Source: Mustelus asterias (lineage: Eukaryota). From it: a stretch of 64,000 nt of DNA. The stretch covers positions 44,144,001-44,208,000 of the forward strand of contig NC_135811.1 of the NCBI RefSeq assembly GCF_964213995.1. Reading direction: 5' to 3'. Shown here piece after piece: positions 35,228-45,139 of the stretch. The notes below the pieces were generated by a model, which saw only the letters and a program-made list of their open reading frames with translations, did no database searches and was not told the origin of the DNA. Position 1 is the stretch's first letter, and every line of letters begins with the position of its first letter. A program made the position numbers and the translations under genes.

Positions 35228-38200
35228 AAAGCTTGGCTCTGTACCCCGAAGACCACGTGGAGACAACGTGGCAGGAGCTAGCACAAATCCCTCCTCGCCC
35301 CACGGGCTCGCGCTCCCATATCGACCCGACGACGGCGGCAGCTCCAGGCGGCCAGCGATGCTATTTTTGCGGAGGAGCCAAGCATCCACGGCAACAGTGT
35401 CCAGCAAAAACGGCGACCTGCAGTCAGTGCGGTAAAAAGCGGCACTATGCTAAAGTCTGCAGGTCGAAGCCCAAGAACGGCAGTGCAGCCTGTGACCCTC
35501 CAGAGCGGAGACAATCTCCTTCGGCGTCGCAGTACCCGCGAGGCCCGACCACGTGCGAATCCAGGACGGCGCCATCGTGGCTGACGGAGGAGGAGGATGA
35601 CCACCAGGATTCGCTACGCTTGGCGCCCTCACCCACGTGCGATTCATGGGGGCGGCCATCATGGTCGACGACGACCAGGAGCGACCAGCAGGGGTCCTCA
35701 GTATCAACCTCGGCTGCCTGCAGTGACATCCAAGGGCCAACGGTGGCGTCGATCTCTCTGGACCAGACAAAGCATCACAGGCTTGACTGTTCGATGATGA
35801 ACATCAAGGTAAATGGTCGTACTGTGTATTGTCTGTTTGACAGTGGGAGCACCGAGAGTTTTATTCACCCTGACACTGCAAAAAGGTGTGGACTCCGGGT
35901 TCTACCTGCCAAACAGACAATTTCTATGGCATCACGGTCCCGGTCTGTACCGATCCAAGGACGTTGTATGGTAACCCTAGAGGTGCAGGGCACAATTTAC
36001 GAGCGATACAGGCTCCTTGTGTTGCCGCACCTTTGCGCGCCAATTCTCCTCGGACTAAACTTTATGGTCCACATGAAGAGTGTGATCCTACAGTACGGTG
36101 GGCCACTCCCTTCGCTGGCAGTAGGGAATCAGCCGCAGCCTCCAAATTGCCCAAAGCGCCCCGCATGCAATCTTTCCACACTAAAGATCACCACACCTTC
36201 TTTATTTAAGAATCTGGTACCAGGTTGCAAGCCCATCGCTACTAAAAGTAGGCGTTACAGCGCTGAAGACCGGATCTTTATCAGATCTGAGGTTCAGCGG
36301 CTCCTCAAAGAAGGGATCATACAGCACAGTGCTAGTCCGTGGAGAGCGCAGGTCGTGGTGGTTAAAAGCGGGAACAAACCCCGGATGGTCATCGACTACA
36401 GTCAGACCATTAACCATTATACGCAGCTGGATGCGTATCCTCTCCCGCGCATATCTGATATGGTCAATCAGATTGCGCAGTACCGGGTGTTCTCCACCAT
36501 AGACCTTAAGTCCGCCTACCACCAACTCCCCATCCGCCCAGAGGACCGACAATACACGGCTTTTGAGGCAGATGGTCGTCTATATCAGTTTCTTAGGGTT
36601 CCATTTGGTGTCACCAATGGGGTCTCGGTCTTCCAGCGTGCTATGGACCGAATGGTGGACCAGAACGGGTTGCGGGCTACCTTCCCGTACCTGGATAACG
36701 TCACCATCTGCGGCCATGACCAGCAGGACCATGACACGAATCTCCAAAACTTTCTGCGCACTGCATCTCGCCTGAATCTGACCTATAACAGGGAGAAGTG
36801 TGTATTCCGTACGCGCAGGTTAGCTATCCTTGGATACGTGGTGGAAAACGGGGTCATCGGCCCTGATCCAGACCGTATGCGCCCCCTTACTGAACTTCCC
36901 TTGCCCGCTAGCGCAAAAGCACTGAGGAGATGCCTCGGCTTCTTTTCTTATTATGCGCAGTGGGTCCCCAACTACGCGGACAAAGCCCGTCCGCTCATCA
37001 AGTCCACGACCTTCCCACTCACGCCGGAGGCCCAATTGGCCTTCAAGGCTTTGAAAAGCGACATTGCGAAAGCCACGATGCACGCGGTGGATGAATCCAT
37101 CCCTTTTCAGGTGGAAAGTGATGCATCGGATTTCGCCCTGGCCGCCACACTAAACCAGGCAGGCAGGCCCGTCGCGTTTTTTTCCCGCACCCTTCAAGGT
37201 CCCGAAATTCGGCATTCAGCGGTGGAGAAGGAGGCTCAGGCCATTGTGGAGGCCATCAGACACTGGCGCCATTATCTGGCGGGGAAGCGGTTCACCCTGA
37301 TCACGGATCAACGATCCGTGGCGTTTATGTTCAGTAATACGCAGAGGGGCAAGATCAAGAATGATAAGATCTTGCGGTGGAGAATTGAGCTCTCCACCTA
37401 TAATTACGATATTATGTATCGTCCAGGGAAGCTCAATGAGCCCTCGGATGCCCTCTCGCGCGGAACATGCGCTATCATGCAGGAGGACCGCTTGAAGGCC
37501 CTCCACAATAACCTGTGCCATCCTGGAGTCACTCGACTCTACCACTTCATAAAAGCCCGCAACCTGCCCTACTCGGTGGAGGATGTCAGGTCAGTAACGA
37601 GAAGTTGTCGGATTTGCGCGGAATGCAAACCGCACTTTTATCGACCGGACCGGGCACAATTGGTCAAGGCCACTCGCCCCTTCGAGAGGCTGAGTGTGGA
37701 TTTTAAGGGCCCCCTTCCCTCAACAGACCGGAATGTCTATTTTCTCAATATCATAGATGAATACTCCCGGTTCCCGTTTGTTGTCCCCTGTGCGGACACG
37801 TCGACTGCCACAGTGATTAAGGCATTCAGTGATCTTTTTACCCTGTTCGGGTACCCCTGCTACATACATAGCGACAGGGGCTCGTCGTTCATGAGTAACG
37901 ACTTGAGGCAATTCCTGCTCTCATACGGGATTGCCTCTAGTAGAACCACGAGCTACAACCCTAGGGGTAACGGACAGGTGGAGAGGGAGAATGCTACAGT
38001 CTGGAAGGCTGTCCTATTGGCGCTGAAGTCCAGGGGCCTTCCAGTCTCCCGTTGGCAGGAGGTCCTTCCAAATGCGCTTCATTCCATTCGCTCCCTCCTG
38101 TGTACGGCAACCAATGCTACTCCCCACGAGAGGATGTTCTCATTCCCTCGGAAGTCGTCCTCGGGGATCTCCTTACCAGCCTGGTTGACGTACTCAGGAC

Positions 38201-38688
38201 CCGTCCTTCTGCGGCGACATGTGAGGGCCCGCAAGTCCGACCCCTTGGTCGAACCGGTCCAATTCCTCCACGCCAACCCTCAGTATGCCTATGTGGCATA
38301 TCCTGACGGGCGAGAGGACACGGTCTCGATTCGAGACCTGGCGCCCGCAGGGGACGTAGCAACTCCTGTCGCTCCTATACCCCCTGTCACGAACCCCCTT
38401 TCACTTCTTTCTTCCCCAGACGTGGCGCGGTCAGCACCGGGACCAGTGCATAACAGTTATACTCCCATGTACAGCTTGCCTGAGACTCGGAGATCGGCGC
38501 CACCACAGAAGGTACCAGGATCCCCTGCACCACCGCCTCACCAGGGTCAACCGGCCCGGGAGTCCTCGAGGGGACAGCCGGACGCTGTTTTGGAGAGAAC
38601 GCCACCGCAAGCACCTGCTCCGGTGTCGCAACCGGTGTTGAGGAGATCACAGCGACGGTGCGGTCCTCCAGACCGTCTGGACTTGTGA
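35224..38688 (+). CDS. pol: Gypsy Gag C-terminus + Pol: two CCHC zinc knuckles, aspartic protease, RT, RNase H, integrase
   Basis: CYFCGGAKHPRQQC and CSQCGKKRHYAKVC; LFDSGS; DLKSAYHQ, VPFG, YLDN; SDAS..EKE..TDQ..DALSR; H..H..CRIC; SVDF..SDRG..QVER; no chromodomain seen. Confidence 0.95.
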   Translation: MKSLALYPEDHVETTWQELAQIPPRPTGSRSHIDPTTAAAPGGQRCYFCGGAKHPRQQCPAKTATCSQCGKKRHYAKVCRSKPKNGSAACDPPERRQSPSASQYPRGPTTCESRTAPSWLTEEEDDHQDSLRLAPSPTCDSWGRPSWSTTTRSDQQGSSVSTSAACSDIQGPTVASISLDQTKHHRLDCSMMNIKVNGRTVYCLFDSGSTESFIHPDTAKRCGLRVLPAKQTISMASRSRSVPIQGRCMVTLEVQGTIYERYRLLVLPHLCAPILLGLNFMVHMKSVILQYGGPLPSLAVGNQPQPPNCPKRPACNLSTLKITTPSLFKNLVPGCKPIATKSRRYSAEDRIFIRSEVQRLLKEGIIQHSASPWRAQVVVVKSGNKPRMVIDYSQTINHYTQLDAYPLPRISDMVNQIAQYRVFSTIDLKSAYHQLPIRPEDRQYTAFEADGRLYQFLRVPFGVTNGVSVFQRAMDRMVDQNGLRATFPYLDNVTICGHDQQDHDTNLQNFLRTASRLNLTYNREKCVFRTRRLAILGYVVENGVIGPDPDRMRPLTELPLPASAKALRRCLGFFSYYAQWVPNYADKARPLIKSTTFPLTPEAQLAFKALKSDIAKATMHAVDESIPFQVESDASDFALAATLNQAGRPVAFFSRTLQGPEIRHSAVEKEAQAIVEAIRHWRHYLAGKRFTLITDQRSVAFMFSNTQRGKIKNDKILRWRIELSTYNYDIMYRPGKLNEPSDALSRGTCAIMQEDRLKALHNNLCHPGVTRLYHFIKARNLPYSVEDVRSVTRSCRICAECKPHFYRPDRAQLVKATRPFERLSVDFKGPLPSTDRNVYFLNIIDEYSRFPFVVPCADTSTATVIKAFSDLFTLFGYPCYIHSDRGSSFMSNDLRQFLLSYGIASSRTTSYNPRGNGQVERENATVWKAVLLALKSRGLPVSRWQEVLPNALHSIRSLLCTATNATPHERMFSFPRKSSSGISLPAWLTYSGPVLLRRHVRARKSDPLVEPVQFLHANPQYAYVAYPDGREDTVSIRDLAPAGDVATPVAPIPPVTNPLSLLSSPDVARSAPGPVHNSYTPMYSLPETRRSAPPQKVPGSPAPPPHQGQPARESSRGQPDAVLERTPPQAPAPVSQPVLRRSQRRCGPPDRLDL

Positions 38689-38737
38689 ATTTTGTATATA
38701 TGTGATCTGTTGTCGCACCCCGCCGGCCTTTGTTTTT

Positions 38738-38751
38738 AAAGGAGGGATGAA
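38738..38751 (+). promoter_or_regulatory. Polypurine tract
   Basis: AAAGGAGGGATGAA immediately before the 3' LTR. Confidence 0.85.
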
Positions 38752-39067
38752 TGTGGTGAACCATCGTTGGTTACCACTGTGGGGTTATTCCAATGTTACT
38801 GTTGGGTTAGGGTGTTGCCACTGTGGGGGTTGTTATAATGTTGTTGGGTTAGGGTGTTTACACTGTGGGATTAATATACCTGTGGTGGATGATGTTATGG
38901 CACATCCCGGTCGGGCCCCGCCTCCTGGGGAGAGGTATAAGACCCTCTGCTCAGGCGGGACCCCTCCAGTCTGGATTGGTGTACTCGTGTTAGATAGTTC
39001 CATTGTTTGTCAATAAAAGCCTTCAATCGCTGAAGCCTTGTACCTCGTGCTTGATTGTTGCGCATCA
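38752..39067 (+). repeat. 3' LTR (316 bp)
   Basis: TG...CA, about 99% identical to the 5' LTR. Confidence 0.95.
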
Positions 39068-40059
39068 CTCTATGAACGGTATGTTTTGCCTGTACAGCAC
39101 ACAAGAACAATACTTTTCACTATATACCAATACATGTGACAATAAATCAAATCAAATCTCTCGTTTCCCTTGGTGTTTTATTGGGAGTGTGCTAGATCAC
39201 TCTTGTGTCTGGTGTAGCCATTTTCTTAACCAAAATGCACCTGGCTCTTCTCATTTTCTGTCCTTGGTCACTTGTGTTTTCTTGTATTTACAGCTTTAAA
39301 TTGGGTTGCTCCTTTAAGACTGAGCGTGCTAATTTTTTTTTACTCAGGCTGTCTCTATAGCCACCAGTTCCTTTGTTGTGAGATTATTACGCTTTTCTGC
39401 TTTTGGCAGGCCCTCCAGCAATCATGGACCTTCTGTTTTAATCTTTCAGGACAGAAGCATTTATTTTCTGGGCAATTCTTTCCTTTTTTTACTTTCTCTG
39501 CAGGTTCTTTGAACTTTGGGAGACTTGGCGGACGTACTTTTATCCCAGTTGTTTTAAAACTTTTTCTTTAAAGTTTCAAAACAGCAACAATTCTTTTCCA
39601 GGAGATTATTTCTGGGTTTTTTTGCTGCTGTTGGTGTTTACACTCTTTGTGAATGTCCCTCCTTTGGGAGTTTGGTGGGCACATGGTCCAATCAAAGCCC
39701 TTCTTTCTAAACTTAAAGTGACAGCACTTTTCTCCTCTGTGCTGCCTGCCCTTTGTTTATTTTTCAGATATCTTCCTTTTTTTCTCAGTAGTTTCTTCTT
39801 TATTCTGCAGTGTTCCTTCTCGCTCTGTCTGCCGTTTTTTTTAACTCGCAGCTGTCTTCCAGTTTCACTATGGATATGATGAGCCGTGGACCTGCCACAT
39901 TTTCAATGCAAGCACAGCTTCAGTTTTCACAAGTTTTGCTCAACATCTCGGGAACTGTGCAGTGTTCTTCACACCGTGTCACTCAAGAGTCTTGCAACTT
40001 TTGTAACTTTGCTCACCGTCTTGTGATCTAAATAAGCGTCTTAACTCAGCCTCAATCAT

Positions 40060-40186
40060 GGGGGCGAATTTTCCCATTCCGCCCGCCACGGGAATTGGAG
40101 CGGGCGAGGGGCGGACCATGGAAAGGTCTGTTGACCTCGGGCGGGATTTTCCGGTTCGGGGCGAGCGTGACCGGAAAATCCCGCCC
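40060..40186. mobile_element. MITE (~127 bp), TIR GGGCG(A/G)(A/G)TTTTCC/GGAAAATCCCGCCC
   Basis: Related copies at ~4527-4650, ~16174-16310, ~23670-23795, ~62093-62221 and ~62475-62600. Confidence 0.7.
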
Positions 40187-40499
40187 ATTGTCTCGCAACG
40201 TTTGTAGTTGTGCTCACCCGTCTTGTGATCTGACCAGGTTTCTTCTTACTCTGCGTTACTCAGCGGTCTTGCAATGGCCTTCCACTCTGGTGAATTCCAC
40301 AACTTCTAAGTCTGTAGTGAAGCTTCTTCCACTGTGTCTTTAATTTTTCTCCTTAGGTGCACATCTCTCTCGTCCACTTCAGCTGCCTTGGGATCCTGCT
40401 CCATGTTCATTGTTTAAAATGCCACTGCTAATGACCTTGTTGTATGATGATCCAACCACTGCCACCCGCATTGTAATATGTGATAGTCTGCTGTCACCA

Positions 40500-41020
40500 T
40501 ATAGAAACTAGAAGCAGGAGGAGGCCATTCGGCCCTTCGAGCCTGCTTTGCCATTCATTTTGATCATGGCTGATCATCAAATTCAATATCCTGATCCCAC
40601 TCTTCCTCCCGTATCCCTTGATCCCTTTATCCCCAAGAGCTATATCTAATTTTGTCTTGAAATCACACAACGTTTTGGCCTCAACTACATTCTGTGGCAG
40701 TGAAATCCACACATTCACCATCCTTGGGTGAAGAAATTCCTCCTCACTTCAGTTCTAAAAGGTTTACCCCTTACCCTAAAACTAAGACCCCAAGTTCTGG
40801 ACTCCCCCTCCATTGGGAACATTCTTTCTCAATCTACCCTGTCTAACCCTGTTAGAATTTTATAAGTTTCTATGAGATCCCCTCTCACCCTTCTAAACGC
40901 CAGTGAATATAATCCTAACCGACTTAGTCTCTCCTCATATGGCAGATCTGCCATCCCAGGAAGCAGCCTGATAAACTTTCACAGTACTCCTTCTATAGCA
41001 AGGATACTTCCTCCGATAAG
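40500..41020 (-). mobile_element. CR1 3' fragment
   Basis: ORF 40494-40721 and CR1 tail. Confidence 0.8.
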
Positions 41021-41515
41021 GACATGTTGGATAAGGATAAGGACATAAGGGTATGTTGTGCTATGCTGACAGGGCTAATCTCCAACTGCTGCCAGCCATG
41101 TTATACCTACAGTGTTTCACTGTTGCAGCAGTGTCTCAGTAATGTTAGTCTTTAATGATTTACAGATTCCAGGTTACTGTCTTGCATGGTGCTGTTACCA
41201 TGCAGGTTAGCTGCTTAGAGAGTGTTCTCCCTGGGTCTATTACCACGTAACTCTATACATCATACCGTGGGTGGTGCTATTCTCCAGACCCACATTAATC
41301 CTTGCTCTGCCGAGCACCTTTACATTACAATGGCACGCGCAGAATATCACAACTGTTATCATTCATAAACTAACAAATAGTACAACACCATGCTCTCAAA
41401 TTGTTCAGGTAACTTCACACTGTTTCAGCTGCCATGTTCCTTTTTCACTCCGGTTAGTCTCTATAGCTAGAAATTTCTAAAAGAATCAGATACAAATGTA
41501 ATATGTTTTACTCAC

Positions 41516-41648
41516 CTTCTAAACCCCCCAGTTAAAGTCAGAGTCACATCAGGTGTACATTCATGGAGAATATTTTCTATAATTTGACCTACAGCATCTG
41601 CCTCTGGTCTTCTTACAGCATTATTGATGTCTTCATAATACAAAAAAC
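41516..41648 (-). CDS. DNTT: DNTT coding exon (133 nt; equivalent to human exon 7)
   Basis: (G)FLYYEDINNAVRRPEADAVGQIIENILHECTPDVTLTLTGGFR(R); acceptor tcctctccttag, donor gtgagt; Pol X GGFRR motif; phase 1 to 2. Confidence 0.95.
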
Positions 41649-43669
41649 CTAAGGAGAGGAAAGTTTCATGAACACTTTGATGTGAGGTTGCACCCTGAAA
41701 GTTAAACCAGCTTAGTTAAAGTTGACCTTACATTTTACACCCTGAAGCTAATCTTTATAAATCACAACAGCAGAAGATACCCTCAAATTAAATTACAAAT
41801 GAAAATGCCCTAAGGAACAGGTCCGCAGGTTAGGTTTGGAAGTAATGGGGCGGGATTTTCCGTTCGCCCTCGCCCCAAGACCGGAAAATCTGTGACGGGA
41901 AGATCACATTTTGAGATTATCAGCCAGCAATGGAATTTTGGTTCACACCCTCGCTGGGCACGAACCAGATTAGCATACATGAATATATTCATTTAAATAT
42001 TCAAAATCGGCTTTAAGTGGAATTCTCCGGACTCCTTAAATTCTCCCGACCGCTAGCGTGACTTGAAGCCAGAGGGAATCACTCCTGGTCTTCAGAAACG
42101 GAAACCAGACACAACCACCATGTTGGGGGAGGGGGGGGAGGCTAGGAGGCCATTGTAGGCCTTGGGTGGTCAGGGATATGGCTGGGCAGCTCACTGGTAC
42201 CCTGGCAATGCCAGGTTGGACTCGCCAGGTTGACACTGCCAAGGGGCGGGGCCCTGATGGGGGCAGAGCCTATAAGTGAGTCCATAGCAGATGCTCACAT
42301 ATGTCGTAGTGGGGGCTTTTGATGCCGGTGATGGGGCGATGGGGGTGGCCTTGAAGGTTAAACAGCGATTGGAACACCTTCTAAAAAGGACTCTCAGAAG
42401 CAGGCCTTGCTGGTGTCTTTAGGCCACACTTATTTCGCTCACAGCACAAGCCCCCTCCAAAAAAATGACAAAGTGGGGGGGGGGAGGGGTGGATTACAGT
42501 TGGGACCGTGCCGACTGATCCAATGGCAATCGCACCCAATTCCCATCGAAAATAACACTTTGTCTTTTTTTTGGAGAATTGTGCTCACAGTTTCGACCAA
42601 TTTCTCTCAGGCTGTGTTTGGTGACATCACAACTGCAGGGGGCGCACTTTGCGCACATGTATGAGTGTTGGTAACGTCAAAGCCAGGACTGCAGAACTCT
42701 GACTTTAAAAACGTAGCAGATCTGGAGAAAAATTGAAGCAGGTTTGTGGATTTTTCTCTGGATTAGAGTGTCACGTTAGTCCCAGTAAAAGCATCCAAAA
42801 TGGCAGCCAGTAAGCTCTGTTTACCGGGTTACACCTTGCTGTATATAATTTCCCAGACTGCTAACATGCGCTTACGCTACAATTCCCTGCATCGGAATTT
42901 TGCAAAAGCTGATTGTGTGGAACAGTTTGAGATTGCCAAGTGTTTAGTGAAATGCAGAGTTATTTTGGTAGCCTGAAATAATTGAGCATCACTATTGCAG
43001 CTCACAACAGGAGCGCCACACCGCGAGGATTCAGGAGAGGGCCAGTGAGGACACGGGCAATAAGGTAACAGGGCAGTGGAGAAAGGACGCATCAGAGAGC
43101 ATGTGCAGGATTTTTCCAAAACACGACTAAGTGCCATTCTGGGTGAGAAAGCTGGTGTGCCGGCATGAATCGGATCGTAGCTTTCCCACACATAGGCCCT
43201 GATTTTACCGGCATGTCCGCCCGAGGCTCGTAATATCACACCCGAAGCCAATGGGGAATGTTGTTCTGTGAGCCTCACCTGCCCCGATTTCGGGGCAGCC
43301 ATGCTGGTAAAATTAGAGCCTTAGTCATATTTTTGGGAGAGGGGCAAGTCTGGCAACAGTTCTGAGAGGGGCTTCACAGAGATCAGGCACCGTTTTTAAA
43401 GGATGCCCCAATCTCAAAGTGAAATTGAAGGCCCCCCCCCCACCCCCACCCCCACCCCCACCCCACCCCCCACACAGATATTGGGGACTGCTCCTCTCCC
43501 ATTATTGAAGGAATATTTCCCCAAAACCCTCCCCAACAAAAATCACCAGAATTGCGGCATTGGGGTTCTCCCAATAGGTCCCCCCTCATATCTTCCCCCC
43601 CCCCCACATATCCCTCCCTTCATGTCCCCCCCTTCATGACCCTTCTGCTTTGTGAACCCTCCCCCACTC

Positions 43670-43757
43670 ATGCCCCACCCCCACTCAGGCTCCACCCCCA
43701 CTCAGGCTCCACCCTCACTCAGGCTCCACCCCCACTCAGGCCCCACCCCCACTCAGG
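43670..43757. repeat. ~19-nt minisatellite (CCACCCCCACTCAGGC(T/C)), ~4.5 copies
   Basis: Directly visible. Confidence 0.8.
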
Positions 43758-43994
43758 ACAGGAACCAGATTATGTCCGGGAGCGGTGGGTGGGTGGATTC
43801 CAGTGGGGTTTCGCGCCTGTGCTGAATGCACTAAATCCCTCACCTGCGATTCTCCGGCCCCGCTGCGTTCTAACGCAATCAGCACTGGATGCGATGCAAC
43901 CAGAAAATCGCAGCCCATGACATTTTGGTGTTTATTTTGATGTCAGCAAATGCAGGGACACAAACTTGTACTGGAACTGGCTGATAGGGACTTC

Positions 43995-44199
43995 TGATAT
44001 GGAGGTGTCGGCGTTGGACTGGGGTAAACACAGTAAGAGTTTTAACAACACCAGGTTAAAGTCCAACAGGTTTATTTGGTAGCAAATGCCATTAGCTTTC
44101 CACTCCATCTGACGAAGGAGCAGCGCTCCGAAAGCTAATGGCATTTGCTACCAAATAAACCTGTTGGACTTTAACCTGGTGTTGGTAAAACTCTTACTG
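43995..44199. mobile_element. Palindromic Penelope-like element end, 13-bp TSD TGATAGGGACTTC
   Basis: Arms ~44030-44099 and ~44130-44200; TSD at 43982-43994 and 44200-44212. Confidence 0.85.
44105..44141 (+). ncRNA. Minimal type I hammerhead ribozyme motif with intact core
   Basis: CCAT-CTGACGA-a-GGAGC-agc-GCTCC-GAAA-G-CTA-ATGG; predicted cleavage after 44137. Confidence 0.75.
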
Positions 44200-44671
44200 T
44201 GATAGGGACTTCAACAGTGGGAGGAATCATCCATGCGCCAGTGGACAGGTGCAAGCTGAGCCTGCATGAGTAACTGCAGCCTGGCCAATTGTTTCTTCCA
44301 AAGTTCACTGCCTAATTGTGTGTAGCGAGTGTAATCCGGCCTGCATGTGTAAAGTAATGTTGTCTCATGTGCCATCCTTATACTTCCCAGATAACAAAAG
44401 GGCAAAAGACAAACAATACTTTATACACGATAGCAAAGTTTGACCTCAGGCTCTTGGGTTAAAGGGTTTTATTAGTCCATCTCCATAACACACATCTACG
44501 AGTAATAATCCTACTGGAACCCTAGGCCCTGAAAGTCCATAAGCCAGTGAGCCCGATAATTATGCTCTGATCACTCAGATGGAAACCTCCTCAGCTGATC
44601 CTCGCTAATGTTCTGAGGTCGGGTGGAGGTAAACCTACTTTAAAATCCATTAAATTTGTGCACAGGCCACT

Positions 44672-44929
44672 TGTGATAACCCCAATGACTTGCATGGGGA
44701 ATCATTGATTGACCTCCCTATAGGACTATTTGAATATGAACTCCCTGGGGATTGGTAATTAACTAACCAGGCGGAGCTCGTATACTGAGCCCTGTATAAA
44801 GCAAGCCCCTGAGTGGGTCTATTATTCCTTTTCCCATTTGAGACTTGTGTTCATCACAGGCTTGTGGTTTTTGCTTTACTTTATTTTTTGAAATAAAGCA
44901 CTGTTCCTTTACAGCCTGGAGTTATTATA
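44672..44929 (+). mobile_element. Solo LTR, family A, 5-bp TSD CCACT
   Basis: TATAAA and AATAAA present; TSD at 44667-44671 and 44930-44934. Confidence 0.78.
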
Positions 44930-45139
44930 CCACTGGGAACACGCTTCGGGTAATTGCAAAGTCAGGAAGGCCTGACAGAGAAGTGCAGGGTTCCTGTTTC
45001 TCCCCAAGAAAGCAAAGGAAGGTGCCACACACACACTGTACCATTTAAAAATAAACATAGGCTGAATTCAGAATGGAGTACAGTCCTTGATTCCTGTCCG
45101 GACCTCCTTACATTCCACCAGTCATCAGAGATACAACAA

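Larger units (their letters stand above)
34358..39067 (+). mobile_element. Young full-length Ty3/Gypsy LTR retrotransposon (4710 bp), TSD CTCTA, inserted in a Rex1-like 3'UTR
   Basis: TG..CA LTRs; CTCTA at 34353-34357 and 39068-39072; domain order gag-PR-RT-RH-IN; uninterrupted host-site sequence visible in the copy at ~62240-62290. Confidence 0.97.
32408..41351 (-). mobile_element. Old degenerate LTR retrotransposon (LTRs ~41099-41351 and ~32408-32661) hosting several younger insertions
   Basis: Two diverged ~250-bp direct repeats; PPT-like AAGAAAAGGGGGA before the 3' LTR TG; tRNA-Leu-like PBS remnant TGGCTGGCAGCAGTTGG after the 5' LTR CA. Confidence 0.6.

Noticed and set aside
35278-38764. 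Overlapping and antisense ORFs within the Gypsy pol region
   Set aside because: Expected shadows of a GC-rich open frame; no recognisable motifs and no env-like ORF.
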